Virus record (IMG/VR): IMGVR_UViG_3300024999_000067
Span: 22,589-86,588 of that record
Source of the DNA: a virus
DNA length: 64,000 bases
Reading direction: 5' to 3' (one strand)
Under the pieces are notes generated by a model that worked only from the letters and a program-made list of their open reading frames with translations, had not been told where the DNA came from and did no database searches. Both the position numbers and the translations under genes were made by a program. The stretch's first letter is position 1, and each line of letters begins with the position of its first letter. Shown here piece after piece: positions 39,009-50,116 of this stretch.

Positions 39009-39994
39009 CCGTTCAAAAGACTCTTTAACCATGGACTAGGATCAGTAAAAGAAGACATTTTACTGCAATAACTTTGTGGATCTTCTCCATCAAATATTGC
39101 CACTACTTCAGCAGGGTTCGTACAAGTATTATAGTACACTTGACGGGTAGAAATAGTTTCACACCACAATAAAATATAGGGGAACAACCCAGGACAAAAC
39201 GCCAAAATGTCTTGTACACATTGTGGTATCTCTAAAGGCAGTTGTTCCGTCATTGTCAGCATTTCTTCATTTAACCAAGTAGCTGTTATTGTATTTGTTA
39301 AATTTTCTATTTTATAACCATTAAATCTGGTAGTAGGAATTTTGGAAAGTATATGATATTCTACCCCATCTTTTGTGTACTCAGCTTGTTCTTTAATTTC
39401 TTCTTCGGGAACTTCCTCTTCCTTTACTTCTTTATCTAGTACCATTTCACAAACATGATATTGGCCTACCGCTTTACCAAATATTCTTACTGCACCGAAA
39501 CATTCTCTATCAAATTTTAATTTTATTCCATCAAAAGTTGCTGTTGGGTATGGGATCATTTCCCCGACCGAGTTGAAACAAGGGGATTCCCAAATGATTG
39601 TAGCATCTTCAAGATAAAAATCAAGGGAAACTTCAGAAGAGTTATCCACAAATACAGAAAATTCTCTAGGCTTCTTAACTATTTCCGTGCTGAAAATAGT
39701 TCCTACAGCTGGTGTCACATTGTAAATTAGATCAGGTTTTGATGGCCAAGAGTAAAAACCAAGGTAAACTTTTATTTTTGTTCCGTCAAATTCAACTGGA
39801 CACCCCACTATCTTTATTGCCTTTGCAGATGTTCCAGTGGCAGCAGCAGTCCACAATCGATATACGTCCCAAATATTAGCATACTTCAAAACCTTAGATG
39901 GAATGATCTGTTCCAGTTTTACCCATAATTCCAGTAAAGATAAATCAGAATCATCTACCGTATATGTAACACTATGTAAAGTATTATTTCCCAT
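39005..39994 (-). CDS. Tail-tip protein, paralog 2
   Basis: LHSVTY...WVKLEQ. Confidence 0.6.
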   Translation of the reverse strand: MGNNTLHSVTYTVDDSDLSLLELWVKLEQIIPSKVLKYANIWDVYRLWTAAATGTSAKAIKIVGCPVEFDGTKIKVYLGFYSWPSKPDLIYNVTPAVGTIFSTEIVKKPREFSVFVDNSSEVSLDFYLEDATIIWESPCFNSVGEMIPYPTATFDGIKLKFDRECFGAVRIFGKAVGQYHVCEMVLDKEVKEEEVPEEEIKEQAEYTKDGVEYHILSKIPTTRFNGYKIENLTNTITATWLNEEMLTMTEQLPLEIPQCVQDILAFCPGLFPYILLWCETISTRQVYYNTCTNPAEVVAIFDGEDPQSYCSKMSSFTDPSPWLKSLLNG

Positions 39995-40746
39995 TAGTCT
40001 TCAATAACCGTTTGATCACAATAATCTATCTTTGTAAACTGATCTTCTGGATCAACATGATCTGGTCTAGGTTTATCTGGATTAATATCCACTGAACCAG
40101 AATTATTACATTGACCTTCTTCTGCTCCTTCTGGTGCTTTCAGTTCAATAAACTCGTTTCCACCATCCCATATAGCATAAGCAAAAGCAGTGAACGGATT
40201 CTCTATAGCCCCTACTCTTCTTTGTACTGAAAACGGATACAGGTGCTGGCATACTTTATACTTGACAATAACAGTACCGTATACTTTACTGGCAACATGG
40301 GCTCCTGTATCAGTTAAAGTCAATGCAGGTGGCGTTACTATTGCACCATCAGAACCATAAGCACCCCCTTTCCATCCTGCACTAATAATTTCCATTGCAG
40401 GGTATTTGAGATCAAGGTCTTGCTCCATATTACATTGAAGCAGTTCTGTAAATATTGGAAACTGGATAATTTTATCCACGTTCAGAGCATTTACCCATCC
40501 CATTGAATAAGCTAAATCCTCTCTTGAAGGGTAAGCGTACACTTTACTGGAATACGTAAGCCCATCGGAAGCACAGTTTGTTTCTGGATCTTTTCCACTA
40601 AACATTATTTTGTTTAGTGCCGTTATAAACTGTACTTTGGTTAACACCCCTACATATGGATCCCATGGCTCTTGTTCTAACAACACAAAATCATTACTGG
40701 TCTTGGATTGAACTGAGTAAGTGACTGAATGAAGTTGAGTAGACAT
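39994..40746 (-). CDS. Tail-tip protein, paralog 1
   Basis: LHSVTY...FVLLEQ. Confidence 0.6.
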   Translation of the reverse strand: MSTQLHSVTYSVQSKTSNDFVLLEQEPWDPYVGVLTKVQFITALNKIMFSGKDPETNCASDGLTYSSKVYAYPSREDLAYSMGWVNALNVDKIIQFPIFTELLQCNMEQDLDLKYPAMEIISAGWKGGAYGSDGAIVTPPALTLTDTGAHVASKVYGTVIVKYKVCQHLYPFSVQRRVGAIENPFTAFAYAIWDGGNEFIELKAPEGAEEGQCNNSGSVDINPDKPRPDHVDPEDQFTKIDYCDQTVIED

Positions 40747-40818
40747 TTATTTAAACTATTCCATTAAAAATTTTACTTCGGGAATCAATTTATATTCCTT
40801 TTGAATACAAGACTACCT

Positions 40819-41823
40819 TTACGCAGTTTCTAACGAGACCGCTAAAGTGAAGCTATTGTTTGCAAATGAGGAACATCCCGCAGGAACCACCCTATTCTCT
40901 CCTATACAAATACTTGCCTCATTAGTGGGTAAAGTCAGGGTATCATTATTCGCCCAAGTACCACCCCAGAATTCTGATTCAATTGTGAAGTAAGGGCGAC
41001 TACATCTTGGGTTATTTGGGGAGTAATCAGAAGTGGTAACACCAGCAGCCAATGCCCCGTATCTTGCACTAACACAAGTGAAGTTAGTGGCATTGCTGAA
41101 AGTAAAAGTAAAAGTATCTTGTATGGTACCAATATTGTCAAGCAAAGGTGGGTAAGTGGAATCATCGAATGTACCAGCAGCCGATGATTTAGTGATAGTT
41201 CCCTGAGTAGCTTTCAATGATGCTACTTCGGAAACCTTACTGCAACGGGAACCTTCTGCTACTGTATAGGCGTAGGCAGTTACTGGTGTAAAGGTAAAGG
41301 AAGTTTGGGTACCAGCTATAGAAGGAACGCTATTTACCGTAACAAACTCTTCGGTTCCTGTAACAGCATCAGGAGTGGCTTTATTGGTTAATCGAATTTT
41401 GCTTCCGTTTACAATAGAACCAGTTAAACCAGCAACAGGGAAAGTTCCTACAAAAGTATTACCACCTACAGCAATATTAGTGGTTAAAGTGGCTACGGTA
41501 AACTTTTCCTCTGTACCAACTATATCCCCTTGGGTCATGCCCTGAGTGCCCATAAAGAACTGGACGTAATCACCAGCAGGTGTTTCTTTATCCAACCACA
41601 TTTTCAGGTTTAGTGCCTCTTCCCTGTTTGCATTATGGTTGGCTATATAAACAAATCTATGTTTATCAGATCCAGCATTTCTCTCAGCAGAGAATACATT
41701 GGGAAATACGTTTGCAGGACTACCAGAAGTTATCTGGTTATCACTACGATACCCACCATTTGTAGCATCGTCAGATACTACCATAGATTTAAAAAACTTT
41801 ATTTCAGATGCCAAAATAGTCAT
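40819..41823 (-). CDS. Minor tail protein
   Basis: MTIL.SEIKF.KS....D..TNGG...NVFPNV motif of siphophage tail proteins. Confidence 0.65.
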   Translation of the reverse strand: MTILASEIKFFKSMVVSDDATNGGYRSDNQITSGSPANVFPNVFSAERNAGSDKHRFVYIANHNANREEALNLKMWLDKETPAGDYVQFFMGTQGMTQGDIVGTEEKFTVATLTTNIAVGGNTFVGTFPVAGLTGSIVNGSKIRLTNKATPDAVTGTEEFVTVNSVPSIAGTQTSFTFTPVTAYAYTVAEGSRCSKVSEVASLKATQGTITKSSAAGTFDDSTYPPLLDNIGTIQDTFTFTFSNATNFTCVSARYGALAAGVTTSDYSPNNPRCSRPYFTIESEFWGGTWANNDTLTLPTNEASICIGENRVVPAGCSSFANNSFTLAVSLETA

Positions 41824-42212
41824 ACACTAACCCCCATTACAGTAAGAGTACCATAGTAAATATCCCCTGGAGAATGACCAACATAGTCTCGTAAAGGGGT
41901 GACTGACAAACAATTTGATGGAAATCTAATCGGGTAAGTATTCCCATTATAGATTAAATTAACCACATCACCAGAAATTTCATACTGTTCAAACAATTCT
42001 ATCTGTCTTCGGGTAAAGTAGGAACGTCCACCAGAATCAGAACCTTTAGCTTCCAATATAATCTTTCTACCACCAGACAGAAAAGTCCTTTGTACAACTT
42101 CTCCACCGTCAACATCGATAAAAGCATCTTCAGCTATTCTGGGTTCAGAGAATTCATTTACCCAAAAGACACCATTATGTAACTGTTCTGCACCAATATA
42201 TATCGGGTTCAT
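41820..42212 (-). CDS. Distal tail (Dit)-like protein
   Basis: Directly after TMP; W.NEF, GGRKI.L motifs. Confidence 0.55.
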   Translation of the reverse strand: MNPIYIGAEQLHNGVFWVNEFSEPRIAEDAFIDVDGGEVVQRTFLSGGRKIILEAKGSDSGGRSYFTRRQIELFEQYEISGDVVNLIYNGNTYPIRFPSNCLSVTPLRDYVGHSPGDIYYGTLTVMGVSV

Positions 42213-45200
42213 GAAGATGCCCCCATTTCCATTTTCCTGATCATCTTCAGAAAAGATTTTGCATTCATTGGATCAGCCATTATAGTTGCAGATTCTCCAC
42301 CAATATTAACTGAAATTGTTCCAAAAGACTGAAGTTTGCTCATTATATCGCCACCTGAAGTAGTAGTCAAGGATCGAGAAGTGGCAGAAAGTTTATTTCT
42401 TGTTGTAATGTTTTGACTTTTTATGGTATTGGCTATCATCCTGCCTACCGAAGAGAATGGCTTATTAATACCATTCATGAATCCTGGTGCAATATCATCC
42501 CAGTAATTAGCAGATTCATTTCGTATAAACCATTCCCCTTTACGGGCTTTTACCAGTTCAGTATCTCTTGTCGAAGAAACTCCAGAAAGACGGCCACCAC
42601 CAGCATAGCCCCTTACCCTTCCCCCTTGGGACTTCTGTTCTACATTCTTGGTGTGGACAGTCACGTAGATATCTTCCGACAATTTATTGAGAGCAGCCAC
42701 CACTTTATTGTAGGAAGATTTATCTAATTTAGACAAGACTTCTGCTGGATCTTCCTTTATTTTGGCTATAGTGGCACTCCATTCTTCATCCACTTTCTTG
42801 AACATTGCATCTGTATCTATTGGGAAAATATCACCACTCTCTTTAACCTTCTCTTTAAAATCTGCAATGGCATCCTCTATTTGGGTAATGGCCAAAGGAA
42901 CCATAAATCCTTCAATCTGACCGCTTTCTATTTGAGAATTTAATGCCTGAATTTTCTTCACTAATTCAATAGCGGAACCCTCAATGTCCTGAGTGACAAT
43001 CGGGATCTCTATGGGTTGGCCATTCTTAATCTTATCTTCTGCTACCTGAATCATCCCAGGTATCTGTTGCAAGAATTTAAGTACAGTGGAATTACTGTCG
43101 AACTGTAACGGAGAAGCTTTAAGAGTATTGTACAGTTGGGTTACTCTCTTTCCAGCATCATCTATAGTGGTAACAAACTCTCTACCATTATCAAGTTCTA
43201 ATTCTATTGGTTTGTCTGCTTCCACAGCAATAGCCTGGAGTTTAACAAACATCTCATTCAGTTTACCAGTAGCCACTGCACCAGTAGATGCAACAGTATT
43301 GTAAGCTTTCATTGCAGCGTCAAGTTTTTCTGTCGGTGAAACCTCTTTAGAAAACAGAGAATTTACATTGGCAGAAAGGTCTTTCACAATACCAGAAGCA
43401 GTGGTAGCATCCATCGTAGTATTAATAACGGAAGCATTTACTCTTTCCATTATATGGGATAAAGCTTCCAGTGACCGAGCGGCAGAATCAGAATCCTTTA
43501 CAGTCTGATCGAATCCTGTATCTTTAGCCATTGTGTCTTTGGATTGCCCTACACTCTGGGATACTTGCTGCCATACACCGTTTATCTTTTCTATCTTCTG
43601 AGCCTCTTGAGCAGCAGCAGTACCAGAGTTCTTCACTTCCTGGTTATATTGCTGAACATTCTTGGTCACATTTTGCCACACACCGTTTATATTTTCCACA
43701 GAAGTTATCTGAGCTTGAGACACACCAACATCAATAGCGGTTTTATCAGCATTGGTAACGTCACCAGTATTTGTGTTATGGTTCATAACAGTATCCTGTT
43801 GACCGTTAAGAATAGCTATTTTTGCTTTAGCTTTGGCAATCTCTGTATCAAGATTCTTCATCTCGTTTGCATGGCGTCGGTTCTCAGCGGCTATTCTCTC
43901 CCCTGATTCTTCTTTAGCAATGGCTATTTTTATTTTGGCTTTAGATTTTGCATCGGCAATTTCTTTATCAATGGCTTTTACTGCAATGTCCCGATCAACA
44001 TTAATTAGTTTCTCCATTTCCTTAGAAACTTTAGAAACACCAGCAACAGCTTTAGACGGATCTTCTAAAGACTCGTAAAGAGAAGCAGAATCATCCAAAA
44101 GTTTCTTAGCCTGATCCAGCATCTTCTCATCGCTGTTAATCTTGGCTTTGTTCAGGAGTTCAATACCTTTTACATATTTCTCCTGGGCCCAGTGGGCATT
44201 GTCATATTCTTTGGCTTCATCGGACATTCCCCTTTGATGAATCTTACGGATCTTGTCCTGAAGACTGGATTGATTACCCGCTATATCAGCAGAGGCTTTC
44301 TGGTAAGCTTCTTTCCGTTTTTCCAGAAGGTCTTCTATTTTTTCATGCAAAGATGTATTGATATCCAGGATTTTATCCCCCAGATCATCTTCTATCTCCG
44401 CAATTTTAGCATTAACATCTTTGGTTTTATCTACCCGTTCATCCCCCCACTCTTTAATCTTCTCTTCCAGTTCACCACGTTTCTGATTTACTTCCTGAAG
44501 GGCTTTAGTCTCTTCTTGCAAGTATTTTGTGGAAGCATCTTTATACCGTTTCAATGCGGATGCCATTGCTACAGGATCCATAGAATTTTGTGACCGTAAA
44601 GCATCGTAATGGCGCTTAGCTTCCTGTTCAATCTGCTTATATGTATCCAGAGAAAGTTGGAGTTTCTTCTTCTCTATTTCCTCTTTGGAAACTAATCCCA
44701 GTGCTTCTTGTTTCTCTGCATTGAGAAGTAATTCAGCCAATGCTTCTTCCGCTGTTTCTTTAAACTCTTTAAATTGAGCAGCAAGTTCTTGTGGATCATA
44801 TATGTTTGCATTGATCTGGGCTATTTTATCAGCATAAGCCTGACCAAGTTCTTCTTTTTGTTTATAAAATTCTTCTTCCAATAATGCTTCATTTGCATAT
44901 AAAATTTCTTTTTCTTTTAATTGTTTCTGGTACTCTGCATCAGCCCTCTTAATAGCTTCATACCGTTTCATATCCTCACTTTCTATCATCTTCATAGAAA
45001 GTTCCATAGCTCTTTTTTCCAGATTAGCTTTTGCTCTGGTATATGTAGTTACATCAATAACACCATCTTTATACATTTTGGCATTAGCTCTACCAGCTTC
45101 TGCAATTTCTTTCTTCTGGGCTTCAAACCCAAGAATAACTTCTTTATTTAACACAGCAACCCCCGCTAATGCCATCGCATTAGAAGTGGTCATTCCATTC

Positions 45201-48200
45201 ATAAAATCTCTATAGGAACTACCAGCTTTTTCAAATTCCTGAGCCCACTTTTCAGCCAACCCATTTATTTCAGCATCCTTTAATTTCTTTGTTTCATCTA
45301 TAAGACTACGGATAGCCTGTATCTGGGTATCGGTAGCATTGGTCAAATATCCCATATCTTTTGCTACTTTAATAATGGAATCAGTGGACATAGAATAATC
45401 CACATCACCAGCCAGCATCAACTTAGTAATTACTTCAGCGGCTTCTCTTTGCATCTGGTCAAAAGCAAGTTTCATTGTTTTTCCCATTGCAGTAGAAGCA
45501 AAACCAACATCAGCTAAAGCTGTTTCCATATCTTTAAAAGTAGCTTTACCATCCTTGAATCGTTTAACGATATCAGATAGTTCTACAAGTTCACCACCAG
45601 CATCCTTTATCTTCCTTTCAAATTCTTCTGCCCCAGGTAGATTAAAGAATGGAAGAAATATATTTGGAATTTTACCAAACAAATCAATTGCGAATGCAGC
45701 AAATTCCAGTAACTTTCCCTTTGAAGTATTGATAAATACATTCAAATTGGACATGCTTTCTTCAAATATTTTACCAGTAGCTTCAAAAGACTTGGCAAGA
45801 TTAAGTGTTTCCAGTTCTCTGGCTTTCTTGTAAAAATCATCTAAAGCGGTAGAACCTTCTTTAAACTGCCCAGTTAATGGATGAATGGCAGAGACAACCA
45901 GACGAGCAGAAGCAGCCAGAGCAGTGTTGCCCTTACCAACTTCAATAAGTTTAGTTCTCAGTTCAAATGTGGCATCCTTATATTCTTGTGTGGTTTTATC
46001 AAGACTGGATATTTTTACCTCATAATCCACTACAGAATCAGCCAGTGATTTAAACTCATTAGCTAGATTTTTGGATTCATCATAACTCTCTTGCAGATGT
46101 TTCCTGTACATGGAAAAACCAACACCTACAGCAGCCAGAGCAGCAGCAATAGCAACCATTGTCCATTGTATTGGGCCAAGGGATACACTGAATACCCCCA
46201 TTGCAGTAGCGGCAGCATATATCTTTGGAACAAGTGCAACAAAATGACCAGCAAATGAAGCAATCATTGTTCCAATAGAAGCTGCCTTAATAACCATAAA
46301 AACGGCATACATAGCAGATAAAGCCGCTGTTGCAAGTCCTATCTTAATAATCCATCCACCTATAGGATTTCCACTGATATAGACAAGAATGTCAAGGAAA
46401 TTTCTCATTCTGTCTACTAAGAAACCAAGAATAGTAGACAGACCATGTTCCCCTAAAGCAACCGCTACCAGCTTGGCCTTATCGTACATATTCTTGATAC
46501 GGACAGCAAGACCTTCCATCTGTTTAGCTGCCATCGCAGCAGCAGTACCAGATTGGGATACAGCAGATCGCATCTTGTTGAAACCAGCTTCACCGTTTGA
46601 TATAAGAGCGGTGACGGCAGACGCACCACGAATACCGAACATTCTGAAAGCTTTCTCAGAAGTGTTTACTACTACGGAAAGGTTACCAACTATTTCCCCC
46701 AATGAATGCATCTTCGGATTAAAGTCATCGATAGACATACCGGCAGCCTTAATACCAGCCAGAAAATCCTCGGATGGTTTAACCAATCTTTCAAGAACCT
46801 GGCGTAAACCAGTACCAATAGTAGATGCCCGAATACCTTTATTAGATAGTTCCGACATTGCAGCAGCAGTATCTATAAAAGTTACACCAGTTTCTTCCGC
46901 TATTGTTCCAACATAGTTGAAGGCTACTCGTAACTTCTCAACATCAAGTTTAGATTTATTAATTGAATTGGCAAAAACATCTGCAATATGGGAAGAATCA
47001 GTGGCTTTAATGCCGAATACGGCCATTGCAGTGGTAACAAGGTCTACCGATGTGGCCATATCAGAAAGTGTACCAGTAGACAAATCAGATACAGCTTGCA
47101 TAGATTCAATAGATTCCTGGGCAGTAAGACCAGCCTGTCCCAGAATCTTCATTCCATCAGCAACTTCTTGAGCGGAGAACTTTGTCTTACTGGCAACATC
47201 TTTGATGGTCTTTCCCATCAAAGTTACTTCCCTATCGGTTGCCTGAGTAATGGCTTGCAAATCCTTTAGAGACTGATCGAAGTCAATTATGGCTATGGTA
47301 GCTAAACTAAAACCACCAACTAAACCAGCAATAAATGTGGCAGCAGTAGCATAGGAGGCAAATGATTTCACATGATCGATAACGTCAGCAGCAACCTTCT
47401 GGAAAATCGACATGGCCTTTGCGGAATCCCTCGTAGCTTTCGCATGAAGCTTTAGCCTTGCCTCTGCTTTCTTGCCCTCTAAATCGCTACGACCGTAAGC
47501 CTTTACAGTATTGTTTAATTCCTTGACAAAATCTCTGTTAGTGGTTGCAAGGTCAGCGTAAGTAGAACGGAGACGGACATTAGTTTTGTCCATCTTATCC
47601 TTACTTGCCAAATTCTCTTTTATTTTAGTATTTTCTCTCTGAAGTTCTTCAAGACGTTTCTTAGCTACAGTAATAAGTTCCTGATCGGATTTTGCACTGT
47701 TTATCTGGGCTGCAGTACGTTCATGAATTTTCTTTACATTGGCACCGGTAGTTTCAGCTAACCGTTTCTCCGCAGTTTCAATCTGTGAAGCTAAATTGGA
47801 ATATTGCTTGTAAGTGGAAATTTTACTATTTATGGCATTGACAATATCGTCATGTGGTTTCTTCTGGGCTTTCAGTGCTTGGGCTTCTGCATGTAAAGCG
47901 GCAGTAGACTGACCAGTAATAGAAGAAACTCTATTAATGGCTTTCCGTAATTCTTCATATTCTCTTTGTGGTTTACGCAGAGCATTTGTCAGAGCATTAG
48001 AAGATACTGCCGAAGCATTAAACCCTTCTTTCATCTTCTTGGCAGTCTCTTCGGATATCTTACCAGTCTTCTGTAAAGTGGTTACATGCTTGTTCCAGAT
48101 AGATTCGGATCGTTTCATGTCTTCATGCTGATCGCGGAAAGCTTGGGTAAGAACACCATGCTTATTCGCCATCTGGGCAAGACCTTTCAGGAACTTATCT

Positions 48201-49249
48201 GATTTTCCTCTGGAACTGTCTAATGCCTTTCCGTAGTCGAGAAGGCTCTGGGCGCCTACTTTTACACTTAGCTGATTGAACCCTTTAGAGAGCATTCCCA
48301 GCTTGCCAGCGGCCTCTTCCGTTAATCCTGAGAAGGCTTTCAAGCCCTTCTCATTCATTACAGTGAACCCTGACGCGGAAGCTTTCAAATCTTTTTGCAG
48401 TACAGCCTGGGTAAGAGCAGCAAGTTTGGTATCCTTGGTCATTTGGGAGAAAGCTACTCCAGTACCAGTAGCGGATACCCTTGTCTTCTCCATTGCAGTC
48501 TGCACGTTCTGCAATGCTGGTGCCCATATCTTTGCTTGTTCGTTATTATACTGAAATTTCTTGCCTAAAGTGGAAACAGCTTCTCCGTAAGCAAGACTTA
48601 TTCCTTTTGCTTTAGATGTTTCTTTGGCATAAATAGAATTGGATTTATTGAAAGCATCAATGGATTTGATCAGGTTGGTGTTCATGTTCATAAGGGAGTA
48701 GCCTTCCTTACGGACAAACTCCATATTGGAGCCCACCAGTTTCAGATCACCAGATTTTAATCCACCTTTGATCTTGGAAAAGTCTAAGGATTCTGCCCAC
48801 TTTGCTATACTGGATTCAGAAGCACCACCGATTCTCATCTGTTGCTTCATGTTCTGGATAGAAGTGGAGAACCGTTCTGTCCAAGAAACAGCACTCTTTA
48901 AAGCGGCCCCAGATGCTGTCCCCCCTTTCGAGAACAGCATCCAGGCATCTTTAACAGCACCAATTTCCTTGGAATACTTCGTCATACTCTTGGTGTTTTC
49001 ATCCACCAATTTAGAAGTATCTTTACCAGTTTTATGAAGATTAGAGAATGAAGTAGTGAGGCGGTCAACAGCCATACCGACATGACCGAGACTATCCGCA
49101 GTCTCGGTCTTGCCCATATTATATAAATCTTTGGCTGTTGCTTTGAGTTCCTTGCCTAAACCTCGGAAGGCACTGGCAAGTGTTTTGAATGCTTCGGTGG
49201 AACCACCTTTCAGCGCAGCTTTTAATCCAAGTTCTATTGTTTGAGCCAT
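42209..49249 (-). CDS. Tail tape measure protein (2346 aa)
   Basis: TP901-like core (TKFSAQEVADGM..LGQAG, GIRAS.IGTGLR), TM segments, C-terminal YAGGG...GEW motif. Confidence 0.93.
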   Translation of the reverse strand: MAQTIELGLKAALKGGSTEAFKTLASAFRGLGKELKATAKDLYNMGKTETADSLGHVGMAVDRLTTSFSNLHKTGKDTSKLVDENTKSMTKYSKEIGAVKDAWMLFSKGGTASGAALKSAVSWTERFSTSIQNMKQQMRIGGASESSIAKWAESLDFSKIKGGLKSGDLKLVGSNMEFVRKEGYSLMNMNTNLIKSIDAFNKSNSIYAKETSKAKGISLAYGEAVSTLGKKFQYNNEQAKIWAPALQNVQTAMEKTRVSATGTGVAFSQMTKDTKLAALTQAVLQKDLKASASGFTVMNEKGLKAFSGLTEEAAGKLGMLSKGFNQLSVKVGAQSLLDYGKALDSSRGKSDKFLKGLAQMANKHGVLTQAFRDQHEDMKRSESIWNKHVTTLQKTGKISEETAKKMKEGFNASAVSSNALTNALRKPQREYEELRKAINRVSSITGQSTAALHAEAQALKAQKKPHDDIVNAINSKISTYKQYSNLASQIETAEKRLAETTGANVKKIHERTAAQINSAKSDQELITVAKKRLEELQRENTKIKENLASKDKMDKTNVRLRSTYADLATTNRDFVKELNNTVKAYGRSDLEGKKAEARLKLHAKATRDSAKAMSIFQKVAADVIDHVKSFASYATAATFIAGLVGGFSLATIAIIDFDQSLKDLQAITQATDREVTLMGKTIKDVASKTKFSAQEVADGMKILGQAGLTAQESIESMQAVSDLSTGTLSDMATSVDLVTTAMAVFGIKATDSSHIADVFANSINKSKLDVEKLRVAFNYVGTIAEETGVTFIDTAAAMSELSNKGIRASTIGTGLRQVLERLVKPSEDFLAGIKAAGMSIDDFNPKMHSLGEIVGNLSVVVNTSEKAFRMFGIRGASAVTALISNGEAGFNKMRSAVSQSGTAAAMAAKQMEGLAVRIKNMYDKAKLVAVALGEHGLSTILGFLVDRMRNFLDILVYISGNPIGGWIIKIGLATAALSAMYAVFMVIKAASIGTMIASFAGHFVALVPKIYAAATAMGVFSVSLGPIQWTMVAIAAALAAVGVGFSMYRKHLQESYDESKNLANEFKSLADSVVDYEVKISSLDKTTQEYKDATFELRTKLIEVGKGNTALAASARLVVSAIHPLTGQFKEGSTALDDFYKKARELETLNLAKSFEATGKIFEESMSNLNVFINTSKGKLLEFAAFAIDLFGKIPNIFLPFFNLPGAEEFERKIKDAGGELVELSDIVKRFKDGKATFKDMETALADVGFASTAMGKTMKLAFDQMQREAAEVITKLMLAGDVDYSMSTDSIIKVAKDMGYLTNATDTQIQAIRSLIDETKKLKDAEINGLAEKWAQEFEKAGSSYRDFMNGMTTSNAMALAGVAVLNKEVILGFEAQKKEIAEAGRANAKMYKDGVIDVTTYTRAKANLEKRAMELSMKMIESEDMKRYEAIKRADAEYQKQLKEKEILYANEALLEEEFYKQKEELGQAYADKIAQINANIYDPQELAAQFKEFKETAEEALAELLLNAEKQEALGLVSKEEIEKKKLQLSLDTYKQIEQEAKRHYDALRSQNSMDPVAMASALKRYKDASTKYLQEETKALQEVNQKRGELEEKIKEWGDERVDKTKDVNAKIAEIEDDLGDKILDINTSLHEKIEDLLEKRKEAYQKASADIAGNQSSLQDKIRKIHQRGMSDEAKEYDNAHWAQEKYVKGIELLNKAKINSDEKMLDQAKKLLDDSASLYESLEDPSKAVAGVSKVSKEMEKLINVDRDIAVKAIDKEIADAKSKAKIKIAIAKEESGERIAAENRRHANEMKNLDTEIAKAKAKIAILNGQQDTVMNHNTNTGDVTNADKTAIDVGVSQAQITSVENINGVWQNVTKNVQQYNQEVKNSGTAAAQEAQKIEKINGVWQQVSQSVGQSKDTMAKDTGFDQTVKDSDSAARSLEALSHIMERVNASVINTTMDATTASGIVKDLSANVNSLFSKEVSPTEKLDAAMKAYNTVASTGAVATGKLNEMFVKLQAIAVEADKPIELELDNGREFVTTIDDAGKRVTQLYNTLKASPLQFDSNSTVLKFLQQIPGMIQVAEDKIKNGQPIEIPIVTQDIEGSAIELVKKIQALNSQIESGQIEGFMVPLAITQIEDAIADFKEKVKESGDIFPIDTDAMFKKVDEEWSATIAKIKEDPAEVLSKLDKSSYNKVVAALNKLSEDIYVTVHTKNVEQKSQGGRVRGYAGGGRLSGVSSTRDTELVKARKGEWFIRNESANYWDDIAPGFMNGINKPFSSVGRMIANTIKSQNITTRNKLSATSRSLTTTSGGDIMSKLQSFGTISVNIGGESATIMADPMNAKSFLKMIRKMEMGASS

Positions 49250-49250
49250 T

Positions 49251-49652
49251 TTAAATACTCTTTGTCAAAGGGTTTGCTGCCCAAACTCTATGTTTCCCTA
49301 ACATAGATTCGGTCATTTTCTCTCTTTCCTCTGGAGAAATATTTTTGTACTCTTCAGGATCACCAAACAATGGAACTTTAGTGGTATCTGATTGCGGTTC
49401 TTTTTTACTCTGTTTCTTACCACCCTTTAAAGACGTACCGTGCAATGCTGCCTGGAATTCGTATTCTCTGGCAATCTTTGATTGGTACGCACTATACAAG
49501 AAATCGAACTGTGTTTTGGTTAAACCTCCTTGAAAGGAATGGTACTTATAGAAATGGTCTACCGTGTAACTGGTAGAGAATATAAGTTCGGCTACTGCTT
49601 CGTCTGTGGTAATATACTCTTGATTTTCTTCCACAGACTCTGGAACTTTCCC
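49251..49652 (-). CDS. Tail assembly chaperone, frameshifted (GT-like) extension
   Basis: -1 frame entered at GGGAAAG. Confidence 0.75.
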   Translation of the reverse strand, partial: GKVPESVEENQEYITTDEAVAELIFSTSYTVDHFYKYHSFQGGLTKTQFDFLYSAYQSKIAREYEFQAALHGTSLKGGKKQSKKEPQSDTTKVPLFGDPEEYKNISPEEREKMTESMLGKHRVWAANPLTKSI

Positions 49653-50044
49653 AAAGCACCCGCAAAATTCATTTCATATATTTTTTCACAAAGATCGGCA
49701 AACTGTTCATTGGTAAGATCGTTTAGAGTAACTTCCTCTTCACAGATCATTTTCAGAATATCGGTAAGATTGTCCTGAATAGTGGTAATGATGAAAGAGA
49801 CTGCTTCTGCGGAAAAGAAATCGTCTGATTCCAGTTCCTGCATGAAACCAACTACGTCATCTGGATCCTGTTTCTCAACTTCTGGTAATGGTTCCTTTTT
49901 ATTCAGTTCATTAAACTTGTAAAAAGCATTGGCTATAACGGAAGTGAATTTTACCTCGTCTGCCATAGACAGACAATATAAGGTTATACTTCTTGCGGAT
50001 CGTACACCAATTTCCAATGTATCGGATTTAACTACTAAAGCCAT
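49592..50044 (-). CDS. Tail assembly chaperone (G-like)
   Basis: Between tail tube and TMP; contains slippery site. Confidence 0.75.
   Translation of the reverse strand: MALVVKSDTLEIGVRSARSITLYCLSMADEVKFTSVIANAFYKFNELNKKEPLPEVEKQDPDDVVGFMQELESDDFFSAEAVSFIITTIQDNLTDILKMICEEEVTLNDLTNEQFADLCEKIYEMNFAGALGKFQSLWKKIKSILPQTKQ
49646..49652 (-). promoter_or_regulatory. Programmed -1 frameshift site G GGA AAG
   Basis: Identical to the lambda G/T slippery heptamer, in frame (L-G-K); -1 frame reads into the next ORF. Confidence 0.85.
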
Positions 50045-50066
50045 TGTTCTTCTCCTTAGAGATTAA

Positions 50067-50094
50067 ATGAGAGGGGAGTGGTTACCCCTCTCAT
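50067..50094 (-). terminator. Hairpin after tail tube gene (terminator/attenuator)
   Basis: ATGAGAGGGG-N8-CCCCTCTCAT 10-bp stem, weak U tract. Confidence 0.55.
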
Positions 50095-50116
50095 AATTAG
50101 TCAAAATAGATGGAGC

